From Vitrella brassicaformis CCMP3155 (taxonomy: Eukaryota; Protista; Chromerida): 64,000 nucleotides of DNA. Positions within the stretch are counted from its first letter, which is position 1; every line of letters starts with the position of its first letter. The translations under genes were made by a program, and so were the position numbers. The notes under the pieces were generated by a model. It was not told the origin of the DNA. It did not search any database and saw only the letters and a program-made list of their open reading frames with translations. Below are positions 35,837 through 48,349 of the stretch, in pieces. Location of the stretch: positions 1-64,000 of the forward strand of contig CDMY01000478.1 of assembly GCA_001179505.1 (NCBI GenBank), in the 5' to 3' direction.

Positions 35837-37350
35837 TCACGCCACATCATCCTTCCCGCTAGAGATGCAGTCAGTGTGCACATGAAACCAGCACGAAACC
35901 GCGTATCTCTCACAATAGCATGGCAGCACCTGACACACACATCCATCCAGCCATCATTCCTTTCTGTGTGTGTCCATCCATCCATCCATCCATGTCCTGG
36001 ATCTGCACCCACACCGCACCCACCTCGTGTTCGATCATGTCGCTGCGGAAGAGCACGAATGTGTCCATCAGAGGGGGGATGTCGACCTGCTCAGACTCTG
36101 TCAAGGCACGCAGCTCGCCTCCATGCTGACACACACAGACACACACACACACACGTTTACACACTCACACTCACAAACGATGTCTCACCTTTGTCTGCCA
36201 ATCGGGGTTGAGGTAGACGATAAGCGTGAGAAGCCGGTTGTTGCCTGAGCACCAACACACAGTGAGTAGCTTAGCACCTGTCCAGAGGTATGCCATGCAG
36301 TGCTGAGCTGCAACCCTCCTCAACCATTAGCTCACTTTGCGATGCGTCCAGGTGCCGCACATACCGAGACCCACCACCTGAATGATGAAAGAGAGAGGTC
36401 CACCAAGCAAGGCAAGGACGCTCCGCTCTGTCTGTCTGCCCGAGAGTTACCTGGGTATCTTGTCAGCTGAATCTCAGACTTGCTGAAAGGGCCGCCATCC
36501 TCCTCATCCAACGGCCTGTTGTCTGCAGATGCCCTCTCAGGGACGTTGGCGGGTCGTCGACGCATGTGCACGGAGTTGAGGCGCCGTCGAACCGACTCGA
36601 TCCTGGAGAAACGAACGCACCCACCCATGTGCTGCGAGGCCCTGTGGCCTTCTGTTTCTGTTCGCTCACTTGTGTGCGATCTGTTTGAGTCCCCGCAGGT
36701 CAAACAGGTCCAGCGACGCCTCATTGAGCCACATCAACTCGTCGCCACGCGCACCGGAATCCTCACGCCTGGGTGGGTGGAACACACCATACACGCATCT
36801 CGGAGAGGTGGCACTGCCCATCTCGAGGGTGTGCATCGCCTCACCTCACCTCTCGGAAGGTCTGCCCATGCCGGCGCTCTTGAAGTGGCCTCCCTCATGG
36901 AGTCCCTCGGCCTCCTTCCTGGCCTCTCCACAGACGTCATCACCCACAAAATGACTGCCTGCAGTGCATGCAATGCAATCACACACAACAACCATTTCAC
37001 GAAAGAAGCATTGCACTGCATAATGCATTCCTTTCCTCGTGTCTGACAGCTCCCCGCCTCACTCACCACAGATGATTGGCAGCGTGGCACGTGGGAAAGA
37101 TCCGCTGGCTTGCTCCCTCTCACCATCTGGGTAGCCGAGCAGGGCCTCCAGCTTGCTGTCGTCATTCAGAATATCGTCGAAAACGCACTCCAAGTCCCTT
37201 TCAGCGAAGCGAAGCAAGCGGCACGAGTGAGGAAACGTTCATCGGGTTGGCAGATCCGCCATCGGTGGTTCCCTGACTCACTGTGGTTTGAGCTTTCGGA
37301 TGGGTCTTGTGTCGAGGTACTGCAGCAAACTGAAGAACACGGCCTCATTC
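35837..37350 (-). CDS. 2OG-Fe(II) dioxygenase of the EGLN/PHD prolyl-4-hydroxylase type; multi-exon, possibly extending to about 38950
   Basis: GHFKSAGMG, ARGDELMWL, EIQLTRYPG, SRYVRHLD (HxD at 36347-36355), RLLTLIVYLNPDW, GGELR...VDIPPLMDTFVLFRSDMIEHEV (second His) and RYAVSCWF (2OG-binding Arg). Confidence 0.85.
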
Positions 37351-37599
37351 ACGTTCTTCTGCATCTCGGTGTGTGTGCAGGGGTCCCCTCTGTGGGGTTT
37401 AGGGTTTGAGAAACCCTGTTGCCGGGAGGGCCATGCATGGACACACGGCACAGCTGTACTGTACATGAAGTCAGTACGCGTATGCGTGTGGAGCTGCATG
37501 CATTCATCGTGTACGTGACTGACTTGCCCCGCCCCCTCTGTACAAACATCCCTCGGGCCCGCACAGCTGCACCCTGTGTCCTCCACCTATCGATTGACC

Positions 37600-38950
37600 C
37601 CCCTCCCCTCAGCCATCCATTCCCTCCTCGGATGCCTTTTTCATGACCTTCTGGGCAGCGTCCAGCAAGAAACTGTCGAAGCGAGTGACGCGGCTCTGCA
37701 GACACACACAGATCGATCAAACAAGACAGGAAAAACATGGATGGATCCACCCACCTATGCATCGCTTGCCATTGACTAGACGGCTGACCTGTGTGTACTG
37801 AGCGAGTTTCTTGACGGCGAGGTGCCTCTTCCTCTCAGCGCGCGAGTCATCGCTCAGCGACACCTGAATACTCACATCTGCACACAACACGGGCGGGCCA
37901 TGGTGCGGGCAGGCGCCATACTTGCCAGTCAGCCTCAGACGTATACCCACCTTCGAGTGCGGCGGATCGTGACCAGTGCACGTCTACGTTGGTGGCCTCC
38001 GCAAACTGGCGAAACACACTCATGCATTCGTCCCTCGGCCGACCGACACACTCACTCACCTGCACCAACAGACCAACACACATACACACGTCAACCCTCG
38101 GGCAAACCACAGGCCATGTGATGTGTCGAGGGTGTGTTAGTGGGTGCATACCCTCTCCCAGTCCACCAGGGGCAGCTTGACGGGTGACTGCGTCATCAGC
38201 GGATGGGCGTCAGCGGCGCTGTGGCCACGGCCACTCTGATTCAACATGTCCCCAACCTGCGCGAGAGAGCAGTCTCAAACAAACAGACAGCAATGATCCA
38301 GAGGTTCTTGGATGCATTCCTCCCTCCCTCTCTGTCTGTCATCTCCCACCTGTTTGCTAATCTCCTCTACGAGAGCGAGGATGAAGTCGATGTCGGTCGC
38401 CGTCACGCCTTCTTCATCCGAGTGGACCGGGTCGTTCTGGCCCGCCTGGATCTGACCCACCATAGCGTCCCAGCTCAGGTCACCCATCGCCAGACACGCC
38501 ACTGACGCAACTGTTGAGAGATGAACGGACGGATGCCAGGGACTCAGTTTGTCAGGCACGGCTGTCGCTGCAAGTGGTGGATTACTCGACCCGCATCTTC
38601 TTGCGGAGCCACTCTATCGGCTAAGCACCAGAAAGGGGCAGAAATCAAAGTGGCGGCGAGAATTTGGAAAGAATTCTCGACGGGGAGACAAACCCTAAAG
38701 CCTACGATACATTTCTTCACAATTTGTGCTCTCCAGCCTTTCCCTCGCCGTATCTCCTCTGTTTCATCGTCTTGTCGGCTGGTCTTTGTCTTTTGTGGCT
38801 CGCCTTGGTCTCTCCCAGGCCCCCTCTCAACGGAGACGGTCGCCACTTCCTCATTGCAGCCGCCTGCAGCGGGAAGGCCTGACGCCTCCCTGACGCCAGC
38901 CAAGTGCAGGGCAGCCTCCTTTCGCAACGACCGCCTCGCAGCGAATGTTC
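37600..38950 (-). CDS. Coding-like exons upstream of the hydroxylase (N-terminal extension or a separate hypothetical gene)
   Basis: Segments such as AMGDLSWDAMVGQIQAGQNDPVHSDEEGVTATDIDFILALVEEISKQ and SLSDDSRAERKRHLAVKKLAQYTQ lie between intron-like microsatellite tracts. Confidence 0.35.
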
Positions 38951-39173
38951 AGTGTATGTTCGTCAGCCACACGAAACTGAGGAGTTGGCGATTCGTGTGT
39001 GCCGTCTCTCAGCATTCTCGCTTGGTTTGTGCGTGTCGCCTGAGTCTCCCATGCAGGAGGGTAAAGGGTCGACATCGAGAGAGCGGATGTGCTGTTTGTA
39101 CCTCCCGCAGAGGAGGCTGAGGATAAATATTTTAATTCACAAAGAGAGTGTCCTCAAGAAATAATCAGCCGTG

Positions 39174-39420
39174 CTGTTTCTGGTGGTTGTGGTGAGATCA
39201 GAATGCAGCCCCGACGACGCGGCAACCTGCTGTCCGGACGAGCCGTTGACGAGACGTTGGAAAAAAAGGAAATGATCACCCCTCAGGCGCGGCTACTGTT
39301 TTCTGGTGGTTGTGGTGTAATCAGAATGGTTACGGCGGGGGCCTCAGGCATCCGCCGACGACGCAGCAACCTGCTGCATCCTCGGAGAACAAATCCTTGA
39401 CGCCGTTGACGAGACGTTGG
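39174..39420. repeat. Degenerate direct repeat, 2 copies (about 39174-39260 and 39296-39420)
   Basis: Both copies contain ctgttt(t)ctggtggttgtggtg..atcagaatg...ccgacgacgc(g/a)gcaacctgctg...gccgttgacgagacgttgg. Confidence 0.8.
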
Positions 39421-39499
39421 TGAGAGAAAGAAGTGAGTTCCTTTCTGTTGCCGTGTCGGCGTCGAACTGTGTCCCCTTGTGTTTCAGTTCTAGTCTTCC

Positions 39500-40641
39500 G
39501 CAAGCTCATACCGGTCGGCTCTTCGCGCTGCGCCAAGAGCCGCTCAAGACATCACGGACGCTGCGGGAGGTCCCGCTCAACCGACTCTCAACCAACCCCT
39601 CCCGTCTTCAAGGTTACACGTGGGAGGCAACAAAAACGATGATGACGATGAAGGACGACGCCCAGGAGAGGGCCGGTGAGACCGAGCTTGAGAAGCTCGA
39701 GAAGATGGTTAGACGTGACCGCGAGCTGGCAGCAGGTGAGCCTCGCTCAATCGCATGCCAAATTTGTTGCATACACGCAGAGGGGGGGCACAGGTAGCTG
39801 GGCAGATGGGCAGTTAGCTACGTGGGAGCGCTGCGTGTGTGTGACGGCACTGCACACATGGTTGGCCTCAATTGGTGTTGGTTCTGTGGGTCTGGTGTTG
39901 CAGAGCTGGCCCGTTACGACCGCCGGCAGCTGCTGGAGCTGTGGACGGAGAAGGAGCACCTGCAGGGTAGGCCCCAACACCAGCATACCTCCCTGTCAGT
40001 CGCGGTCAGTTGTTTATTGACGAGTGGCTGTGTGTGGTCCGCGGCGTGCAGGGCTTGTGAATAAGTGGCGGGAGAGGCAGCAGGCCGACGCAGAGAGGCT
40101 GAATAAGGCGCTCAACAACATGGAGAAGGCCAAATCGAACCAGGTGCGTACACGAATGTGCGTCGTCGGCATGTACGCACGGCACGGCACGGCACTGCCT
40201 CCGTGCTTGTGTGCTTGTGTGTGATGTGGATGCAGAACATACTCGTCGCCGCTGCCGCCAAACTGGAGGTCAGAGGCTGAGCCCCCCTCTCCCCCCACTC
40301 ACACACACATAAGCACAGAGAGAGATACCTGTCTTGTCCCTTTCTGCGTCTCACAGGAGAAGAAGGAGGAGCTGGAGAAGGAAAACGCCTCGCTGAAGGC
40401 CACGGTAGCCAAGCTGCAGCAGGTACACATGCATACTCCACAGACAGCTCAAAGCACACAGAGAGGAGCATCCATGCGCACACACCCAACACACATGTGC
40501 TTTGTTCGTTCGTGTTGCACATATCAGCAACTAGAGGCGGTGACCAGCCCAGCCCAGCCGTCCACGGCGTCGGGCAGCCCGGCCTCAGCGTCGGCTTCCC
40601 CGTCACTCTCAGGTTGCAGCTGTTCCGTCGCACAGCACTGA
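39500..40641 (+). CDS. Hypothetical coiled-coil protein; multi-exon, start uncertain
   Basis: Charged helical exons: ETELEKLEKMVRRDRELAA | ELARYDRRQLLELWTEKEHLQ | LVNKWRERQQADAERLNKALNNMEKAKSNQ | EKKEELEKENASLKATVAKLQQ | QLEAVTSPAQ...*, with GT-AG sites. Confidence 0.55.
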
Positions 40642-40740
40642 GAACCCCCTTTTCCCGTCATCGGCCCCGCACCGGACTCGCCCCACGAGTCCCTCTCGCT
40701 GCTAGAAGAGACATCAAGGCGATCAGCCTAAAGAGGAGGA

Positions 40741-40874
40741 GGAGAAGGTATGGGTGTTGTTCCCTCCATGTCCTTATCTGTCTCTGCTGCCATGTCTCTG
40801 TGTGTGTTTTGTGTCTTCAGCCGCAGTGTATCGCTGCCTTCATTTTATATCTGTGGACATATTTGCTTCACTTC
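40741..40874 (+). repeat. Repeated 3'-end module containing a GT-AG intron, copy 1; others at 41846-41989 and, degenerate, about 43950-44025
   Basis: Copies 1 and 2 share aggtatggg...tctctgctgcc(a/g)tgtctctgtgtg..ttttgtgtcttcagccgcagtgtatcgctgccttcattttatatc(t/c)gtggacat. Confidence 0.8.
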
Positions 40875-41292
40875 TTCGGATGGGTCTCTGTTCTGCGAGG
40901 ATTTTGATGCAGAGCGTACCTCCGCGCAGAGGAGGCCGATAGAAAAGCTGGTAAGAAAGATACTTTCGCGAAACACATTTTCTTCCTTCCCTTTCCCGGC
41001 GGCCGAGAAGGCACGCAAGTAAGGCAGAATAGAGAGGAAAAAGCACATAATTGCACATGTCCTTTATTTGCTTTATTCTGCCTCGGAAACAATGTGTGCT
41101 GCTGTCCTTTCAGTACCTCGCTGATGGACACCCTGACGTCGCCCTACTGGAGATACAGGACGATGACACCGTCCGCGGCACAGCCCCGGCCCAGATCGCA
41201 GCCGACAATGGTGGGTGGCGTCGAGTGCATCTTACGATACCATTTGCGTGCCTTCGCTGCTTCTGTTGGCGCAGCTAGGGCGTCTGCGGTGT

Positions 41293-41847
41293 GCCTGCAA
41301 GATGCTGGGGGTGTCTGAGTGGGACAACAAGACGCTGGTCCGCCACGCCTACCACAAAGGCCCTGCAGCACCACCCCGACAAAGGCGGCACCAAGAGGGC
41401 TTCCAGCGGCTCAAGAGGGCGTACGAGCTGGTGCATGCAGCGCCGCCATCGCCCAAGAGCTGTGAGGAGGGCGAGGCCACGGGTGCGTGCCTCGACAGGC
41501 TGAGTGGTCTGTGCCCTTAGTGCGCCAAGATGTACCAGGTGCGTGCATTGCGTTTGTGAGAAAGTCATGTCTCTCTCACCTGATGTTTCCTCCATGGGTC
41601 GTCTTCTCGTCAGGCCGAGATGGAGGCGGCGTTGAGGGAGATGACGTGGGAGGCCGAGGCCAAGGCGGCAGTGGCAGAGGAGGAGGCCCACGCCGCGACC
41701 ACCCCCGCCGCCACGGTCAGCAGCCGCCCCTCCTTTCACACCGACCAGAGGCCGCCCGTCACCAGCAGGGGGGAGGGGCTCTGGAGCCGCTGGTTTCCAG
41801 ACCCCTTCTGCACCTGCTGCGGCTTTCCAAGAGGACGACTAACCTGA
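41293..41847 (+). pseudogene. DnaJ J-domain gene with frameshifts
   Basis: ACKMLGVSEWDNKTLVRHAYHK / ALQHHPDKGGTK / EGFQRLKRAYELV. The HPD motif (41372-41380) lies in a different frame from the flanking helices. Confidence 0.75.
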
Positions 41848-42424
41848 GGAAGAGGTATGGGCGTCGGAAGATACTGCTTCTTTGACCGATGTCTCTGTCT
41901 CTGCTGCCGTGTCTCTGTGTGTTTTGTGTCTTCAGCCGCAGTGTATCGCTGCCTTCATTTTATATCCGTGGACATTCTTATTTCACTTCAGCGGCGCTGG
42001 ATTCCCTACAGCAAGGAAAGCGACAGGTTAGAAAAGAAGACCGGAGGCATGGAGACAGGTCGATGAAACAAACACATTCTCTGTCCGTCAGCTTGCCTTC
42101 ATCCCTCTGCTATAGTCATTGCCTTTATCCCTCTGCTGGTCGACTACAGCCGAATTCAGCTCATTTGATAAATTCTCAGCTGACACCAGCCCATCAAAGC
42201 TCTAACAGGTCCTGTGGGTTGCTGCCTGCCTTGTCTGCAGGTCCCACCTCCATGAGGTCGGCTGGCAGGACTCGGAGGTCAGCGAGTCAGAGACGAAAAG
42301 CCTCAGCGAGTGCGCCCGCCAACTCAACATACTGCACGGCCTACTGGACAAGTACTGGAGGAGCTGGCGGACACTGGCGGCAGACCGGACCCTGACTCAA
42401 TCAGAAGGAAGTACTCTATCGCCA

Positions 42425-43639
42425 GTGAGTTGCGCGTACACACAGAGAAGGGAGGTGGATGCATCATCCCTCCACGGTGACATTTGTTTTCTCTTGGTGT
42501 GCAGCTGGAAGTGTAGGTGGCCGAGATCCTCAAACGGCGAGCAGCACGTCAGCAACAAGCCGACCAGTATCATCAGCCTCCTGACCGTGTTGGCCATCCC
42601 GATGGTGGTCAAGATCGACCCTCTCCACGATGTGGCCGACCCCCTGAATGAGAAACACTATCCAAAAATATGAGGGGTGCGTTGAGGGCCCGCAGCGGGG
42701 CAATCGCCACAGATGAATACTCGGAGGATGCACTTATCTTGGCTGTCTATCTGTCTATGTGTCTGTCTGCCTGTCGGTGCTGTGTTCAATTGTATCTGCA
42801 GATCAGCAGTCAGGACTGGAGGTTCTCGAAGTACGAGAACCCTCGTCTTCCAGAAAGTCAGAGTCCCAAACTCGTTCATGCGGGCCTTCTTCCGCCACCT
42901 GCCCCTGGGCGAGGCGCCCCCTGCGCCAACAAACAAGAGCCACCAAGTTAAGCGCCGACACAAGGACAAGATGGCCCAGTTGGAGCAGGTCTTGAACGAG
43001 GTCCGTCGTGGCGTGAGGCAGAATTCGGACCAGCTCAAGGCGGGCGATGTGCAGATCGTCGAGCCAGAGGAGCTGTCACAAGGTCAGGGAGACAAGAAAT
43101 GAATGCGATATGTGACAGGCAGGTTACTGAATGGTTGGACGTGTATAGTACTCTGTCCATGTGTCTGTGTGACAGGTGCTGGTGGTGCCATGAATTGGGT
43201 GGAGTTGTCGCCTGCGCCGACCGTGGGGCAGCAGCGAATGTCCCTGCCCTCCAACGCTCAGCAGCAGCGAGAGCCGTCGGCCCCCCGCCTCACAGGAGGG
43301 GTGGTTCCTCCGCGAGTCCGCTGGCCACCCCGAGTGGCTGTATGAGCGGCACTTCGCCGGCCCCGTGAGGCAGGAAGCCCACAAGATGCGCACGGCCGCC
43401 AACTCTCACATGGCCATGGCGGTCAGCGATCTGCAGAGGGTGGCAACGGAGGGGAGCGCCATGCAGATAATATATGGCTGCTGAGGGCGGTGGAGAAGCG
43501 GCTCCGGTGGGAGGAGGAGAGAGGGGCCGGAGGCGACGAGGAGGCCAAGAAGGACCTGGCCATGGCACAGGCCCTGATAAGGTGGGGGATGGACCCGTGT
43601 GAGGAGGAGAGGGAAGTCACAGACGCCATCATCAAGTGA
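42425..43639 (+). CDS. Hypothetical multi-exon protein, possibly degenerate
   Basis: Coding-like segments IISLLTVLAIPMVVKIDP, FMRAFFRHLPLG...DKMAQLEQVLNEVRRG and DNIWLLRAVEKRLRWEEERG...AIIK*. Frame continuity was not verified. Confidence 0.35.
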
Positions 43640-44899
43640 GAAGAAACACACACGGCTTGCATCGGCTCTTTGCGCGCTGTCCATACCAAAGATGTGTCTG
43701 TTTGCGCGTTGTCCGCTGTTCCCTCGCAGGCGTTGCCGGGCATTCGTGTAAGGGCGAGGGGCTGATGGCATCGCACAGAGGAGATAGGGGGGCGGGTGCT
43801 GTATGGATATTGTGATGAGGTTTGGAGGCTCGAGCGTCTGAAGGGCGCCCAGCAGCTGACTTGCGGTCGGGCGCTGATCCCATGGCAATATCGGCAAGAC
43901 CGAGACAGCCTCGTGAGTGAGCTGTGGATAAAGCATAGGATGTTTGCTATTGTATGTCTCTGTTTGTCGGCATTGTTTGTGTCTTCATGCAGCCCCATCA
44001 CATCGCTGTTTGCATTTTATATTCGTCGTTGGTTGCTGAGTTGTGTCCGCCAGCTGTGATGAGGTGCGTGCCGTGACCAAAACGATAGGCTGAGGGACTC
44101 ACTCGTCGGTCAAATGAGCTCGATGACCAGTACACGTGCACGGTCGTTCAGCAATGCAGACACATGTGTCCACAACACGTCTATGCGCCCGTACACACAT
44201 ACATCCTTGATACACACAGACATGAGAAAGCCATAACACGTCATGCCACCGTTCACTCCCCCAGGATCACACCCATCTGGGTGGCGACGCGATTCATGTT
44301 CTGAATCTTGACAGCGCTTCCCTCAGTCTCTCTGATATGGCCGGTCGTCAGAAACAATTAACGTGCGAGCCGTTGGCCCCTCAGCCCATCAATGTCCAAG
44401 GCCAACACAGGTCTTACATTAGGATTGGCAATTTGCCACTGTAACTGATTTGGACCTCCTCTGCGCATACGCACGAACGGATGAATCGATTTCTTTTCTG
44501 GTGAGCCCAGGGCGCCGCAGACGTCATTGATTACCCTGCGGAGGCCTCAGAATCAGCAAAGGGCCTCATCTTCCCGGCGGCATTGGCGAGCTCAGATCGC
44601 GGAGGACAAACGCGGCTCCTCGCGACGTGACTGTCGATGAAGGAAGATGAAGGAAGGCCTCCTGAAGTGCTGCAAGTCTCCTCTCCTGAAGATCCTGCTC
44701 CTCCCTCCTCATCTCGCGGCGTCCGCTGCGCAACCTCGGGAGGCTTGTTCACTGCCAAGGCCGCCGTGCCCCACCCACATCGATGTGAGCCGCAATGGCA
44801 TCCCTCCCAACGCCGACGCTGCAGCGCGGACACCCGCCACGTGAAGATTCTATGAGTGTGTGGGACACTCGAGCACCCACCAGCCACTGCCAGGGCTGA

Positions 44900-45977
44900 A
44901 ATGACGGAAGGTACACACACACGACACGATCAGAGAAAGAGAGGGGGAAGCGGATGGTCTGAGGTCTGTTCTGCTATGTGGTGTCTGTTGTGCGAGGCAG
45001 TAGGGCATTCGCCACACAGACGGAGGGAAGGAGTCCCATTGCGACGGCCATCCTTCCTCGTGTGGACATGACTACAAGCGAGTGCACTCACCGCTTTCTC
45101 ATTCTGTGCGGTGCGACTGTGTCGGTGTGTGTTCAGGTGCCGCTTTCCGTCTGCTCGATGATCCATAGCGAAGCGAGGAGCGTGCTACGCCATCCCACCG
45201 CCACCGTCACAGATGACCTCTTCATGGCCTCCGTCGACCAACTCTTCGTGCTGGTGAGGAATGACTCGGCAGCCTCGAGTGAGTGTGAATGTAAGTGTGC
45301 GTGTGTGTGCGCGGCTGTAGGTCAGAGAGGTGAGGGAGGCAGCCTCGGCCGTCGTCAGCCGCCATGAAGCAGGCAGGATGTTCGACTCGTTCCGGTCCGC
45401 GGGCACGCGGCTTTGCGCATCTGTACACATACACGTGTGTACACACATATACATACATATGTGTGTGTGTATGTGTACAGGTTTGGGTGTCGGCGGCTCT
45501 GCAGAGGGCAGAGAGAGGCGGCTGATTCGATTGTGTCGCAATGGCCGACAGAGACAGAGAAAATCAAAAGTTCAACTCGTACGTCAAAGGCCCGCTGACG
45601 ACTGTCATGAAGGGAGCGCTGTCCACAGCCGGCGCATCTACCACTTTGGCCCGCACCATACCGTCGGCTTCCGAGCTGACGATCAATCGGGTCGAGAGGG
45701 AGATCGAGACACTCAAGGCCACACTGACTCGCCAGGTGACTGACAGGCAGACACTCACCACTGAGGCAATGACTGATTGATTAATGAATCACTGTGAGTG
45801 AATCAGGTACTCAGCAGCGTGGAGCGACAGTCCGTCATCGCCATGAAGAAGAATCTTGACGACATCCGCACGGCCGCCTCCACCAACCGAGATGCGCTCC
45901 GCCACCTCACGCCAGTGCAGAAGACGCACCTGGTGGCGATGATCGACAGCGCAAGGCCGTCCATCGAGACAAAGTAG
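44900..45977 (+). CDS. Hypothetical helical protein; multi-exon
   Basis: Exons VPLSVCSMIHSEARSVLRHP...VDQLFVL | KFNSYVKGPLTTVMKG...EREIETLKATLTRQ | VLSSVERQSVIAMKKNLDDIR...RPSIETK*, with GT-AG boundaries. Confidence 0.5.
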
Positions 45978-46468
45978 GTGCGCACGGCACTGACCTGCCA
46001 GAGAGAGAAAATCACTCACTCACCTGCGTGTGTTGAATGCATTGGATGGACCAGGATGAACAAGCTGCTGCCGCAGGGGCGCGAGTGAGTCACTGAGTGA
46101 GTGACTGAGTGAGTGACAGGCGGACACAAAGGTGAGAGGCTGTGCGGACGGCTCTGCACGACGTGGAGGTGCTTGAGGTAGTCTGACTCGTTCTTTCTTT
46201 TTGTATCTCTCTGTGCCTGCGACCGCCTGCCTGTCTCTGTCCGGATGCTTTCATGTTTTGAACGTGTGAATGTCTGTTTTGAGACCGACAGACACATTCG
46301 TTATTGGTTCATTCACACAGTCGAAGGCAAACACACAGTCGAAGGCCACGATCAGCAGGGCACTCATCCACACACATACCAAACACAAGAACGACACGCA
46401 CACAGCCACGTGGAAAAGTGTGTGTGTGTGCGCCTGGGAGGGCTGAAGTGGCCACCAGGGCGGCAACG

Positions 46469-47255
46469 TCACTCGCGTGAGCAGCAGCAGTATGGTTGCC
46501 TGGCGAGATTATCAGATGCGACAGTGGACATGGATGCAGCGACGATGGAGATCATCATCCAGGCACCTGCACACACACACACACAGATGGATGGATGGGT
46601 GGCTTGTGTGTGTGTGTGCTGACCGAGGAGAGGCGGGAACTCGTTGGTGAACATCTTCAGCGGGCCATTCTGCACACAGAGATACGAACACCGGATCAAA
46701 CACCCACTCGGCGAGGGAAGCAGCACCTTCCTGCACACCATCATCCATACACACACACACACACACATGCGCGTTGACGTGTGTGCATTGAGACATCGGT
46801 CAGTGGCGTACTGTGATGGTGCCCTCAGGGTTCAGCACACGCATACACGCACACACACAGACCCCGCTCATCATCCACACACTCGCGTACCTGCAGGGCG
46901 TGTGGCCCGTACGGAGTTTCCGCGCCGTTCTGCCGACGAACGACCAAAAGAGACCCAACACGATCGTCGCGATACCTGCAGCACAGGCACACACACACGA
47001 ACACACAGAAATGGGCACATGGCAGGCACACAAGCATATTGCGTGTGCATCATTCACATGTACCTGGAAGTCGAGGGCCATAAGGTTGCCGAACGCCAGC
47101 ACGAAGATCGTGCTCCAATTCGGTTCGGCGTTGGCGAAAGTCGCCTGAATGCACACATGCAGACACCACACACACTCATGTGAGCGCCACGCATATCCCA
47201 TCCATCCATTTGTGCACTCGCTGCTGCGTACGTAGGCGTCTAGAGAGTCTCTCAT
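46469..47255 (-). CDS. Small multi-exon membrane protein with weak VIT1/CCC1-like similarity
   Basis: MRDSLDAYVRSS | ATFANAEPNWSTIFVLAFGNLMALDFQ | GIATIVLGLFWSFVGRTARKL. IFVLAFGNLMA recalls the VIT ILGFANLLA motif. Confidence 0.4.
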
Positions 47256-47850
47256 CCCGCCTCAGACGATGGGCGTGTCGCCACAACGATACGCGGGGCC
47301 CTTGTCAGGGCCTGCATCGGCACCCAGACAGAGGGGCGTGAAGCGGCACTGCCTCCGCCTCCCATTGCTGTGGGTGCCTGTCTGCACACAGACAGACAAG
47401 ACACAGAAGAGCACGAGATGCAGACAGATGTCTCCTTTCCTCCTCACTGTATCCATCTATCCCCACCAGCTCACCTCTTTCTCGGTTGTCGTCTCGCAAC
47501 TAGATCCCTCAAGCAACGCCTCTCCGAACGCTCACTCGGTCTGATGTCACACACAACCAACGGGGGAAAACCACGTGCACTCACCAGGTCCACTCACTCA
47601 CAATCACAGGAGATCTGTGCGCGCCTGTGTTGTCACCTTGCCGATCTCCAATCGCACGATAGCGACGACCCACGGACGCAGTCTGTCTCAGATCTGTACA
47701 AGGTCAATGAACAGAAGAGCATCCACCGTTGCCTTCATGTCAAGCGCATTCCATCCCTTTCTGTGGGGTTCATCCAGCGCTTACCACAGCCGGCTGTGCG
47801 TGGCAGGGGGAGTTGAGTGATGATTGATGGGCCTCAGAGAGATCTCAGCA

Positions 47851-47908
47851 AACCCTGCAGCCCGTAACCCTGCAGCCCATAACCCTGCACCCCATAAACC
47901 CTTGACCC
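47851..47908. repeat. 15-bp tandem repeat (aaccctgcagccc(g/a)t x3 plus a partial copy) with a telomere-like aaccct core
   Basis: Units start at 47851, 47866 and 47881, followed by aaacccttgaccc. Confidence 0.85.
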
Positions 47909-48349
47909 GACGATTGCATTTGCTTTGGCGGAGGGCCGCTATCGCGTGATTGAGAAACCGTTGTGCTCGTGAGCATGCGTGAGTGCTGTGATTAGCGCAT
48001 TTCGATCAGCAGCCTCAGCCAAGAGGGCCTCTCGCCGGTAAGCCATGGCGATGGATGGATGGGTGGATGACCCCCTCATGGACACGCACACACGCGCGAC
48101 TCGTGGCTTGACGGATGGCGTGTGTGCTGCAGGTGGGCAGCAGACAGAAACGACCGCATCTCCCATCCATCAGTAACACAAGAGTGAAGTCTGCTGCTTG
48201 CTTCACTCGGTGACGGAGGATGTCTGACACTGCTGCTGCTGGAGATGACGGCCGTCAGGTGAGGCTGCAGCCATGAAGGGGGTCATGGTGATGTCAGCTC
48301 ATCGTTCACTCTTCTGTGTGTGTGTGAGATAACAGGCCACATCTGCCGC

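Noticed and set aside
44056-44092. Possible C/D box snoRNA (gtgatga...ctga)
   Set aside because: The boxes are too close together, there is no terminal stem and no guide complementarity could be shown.
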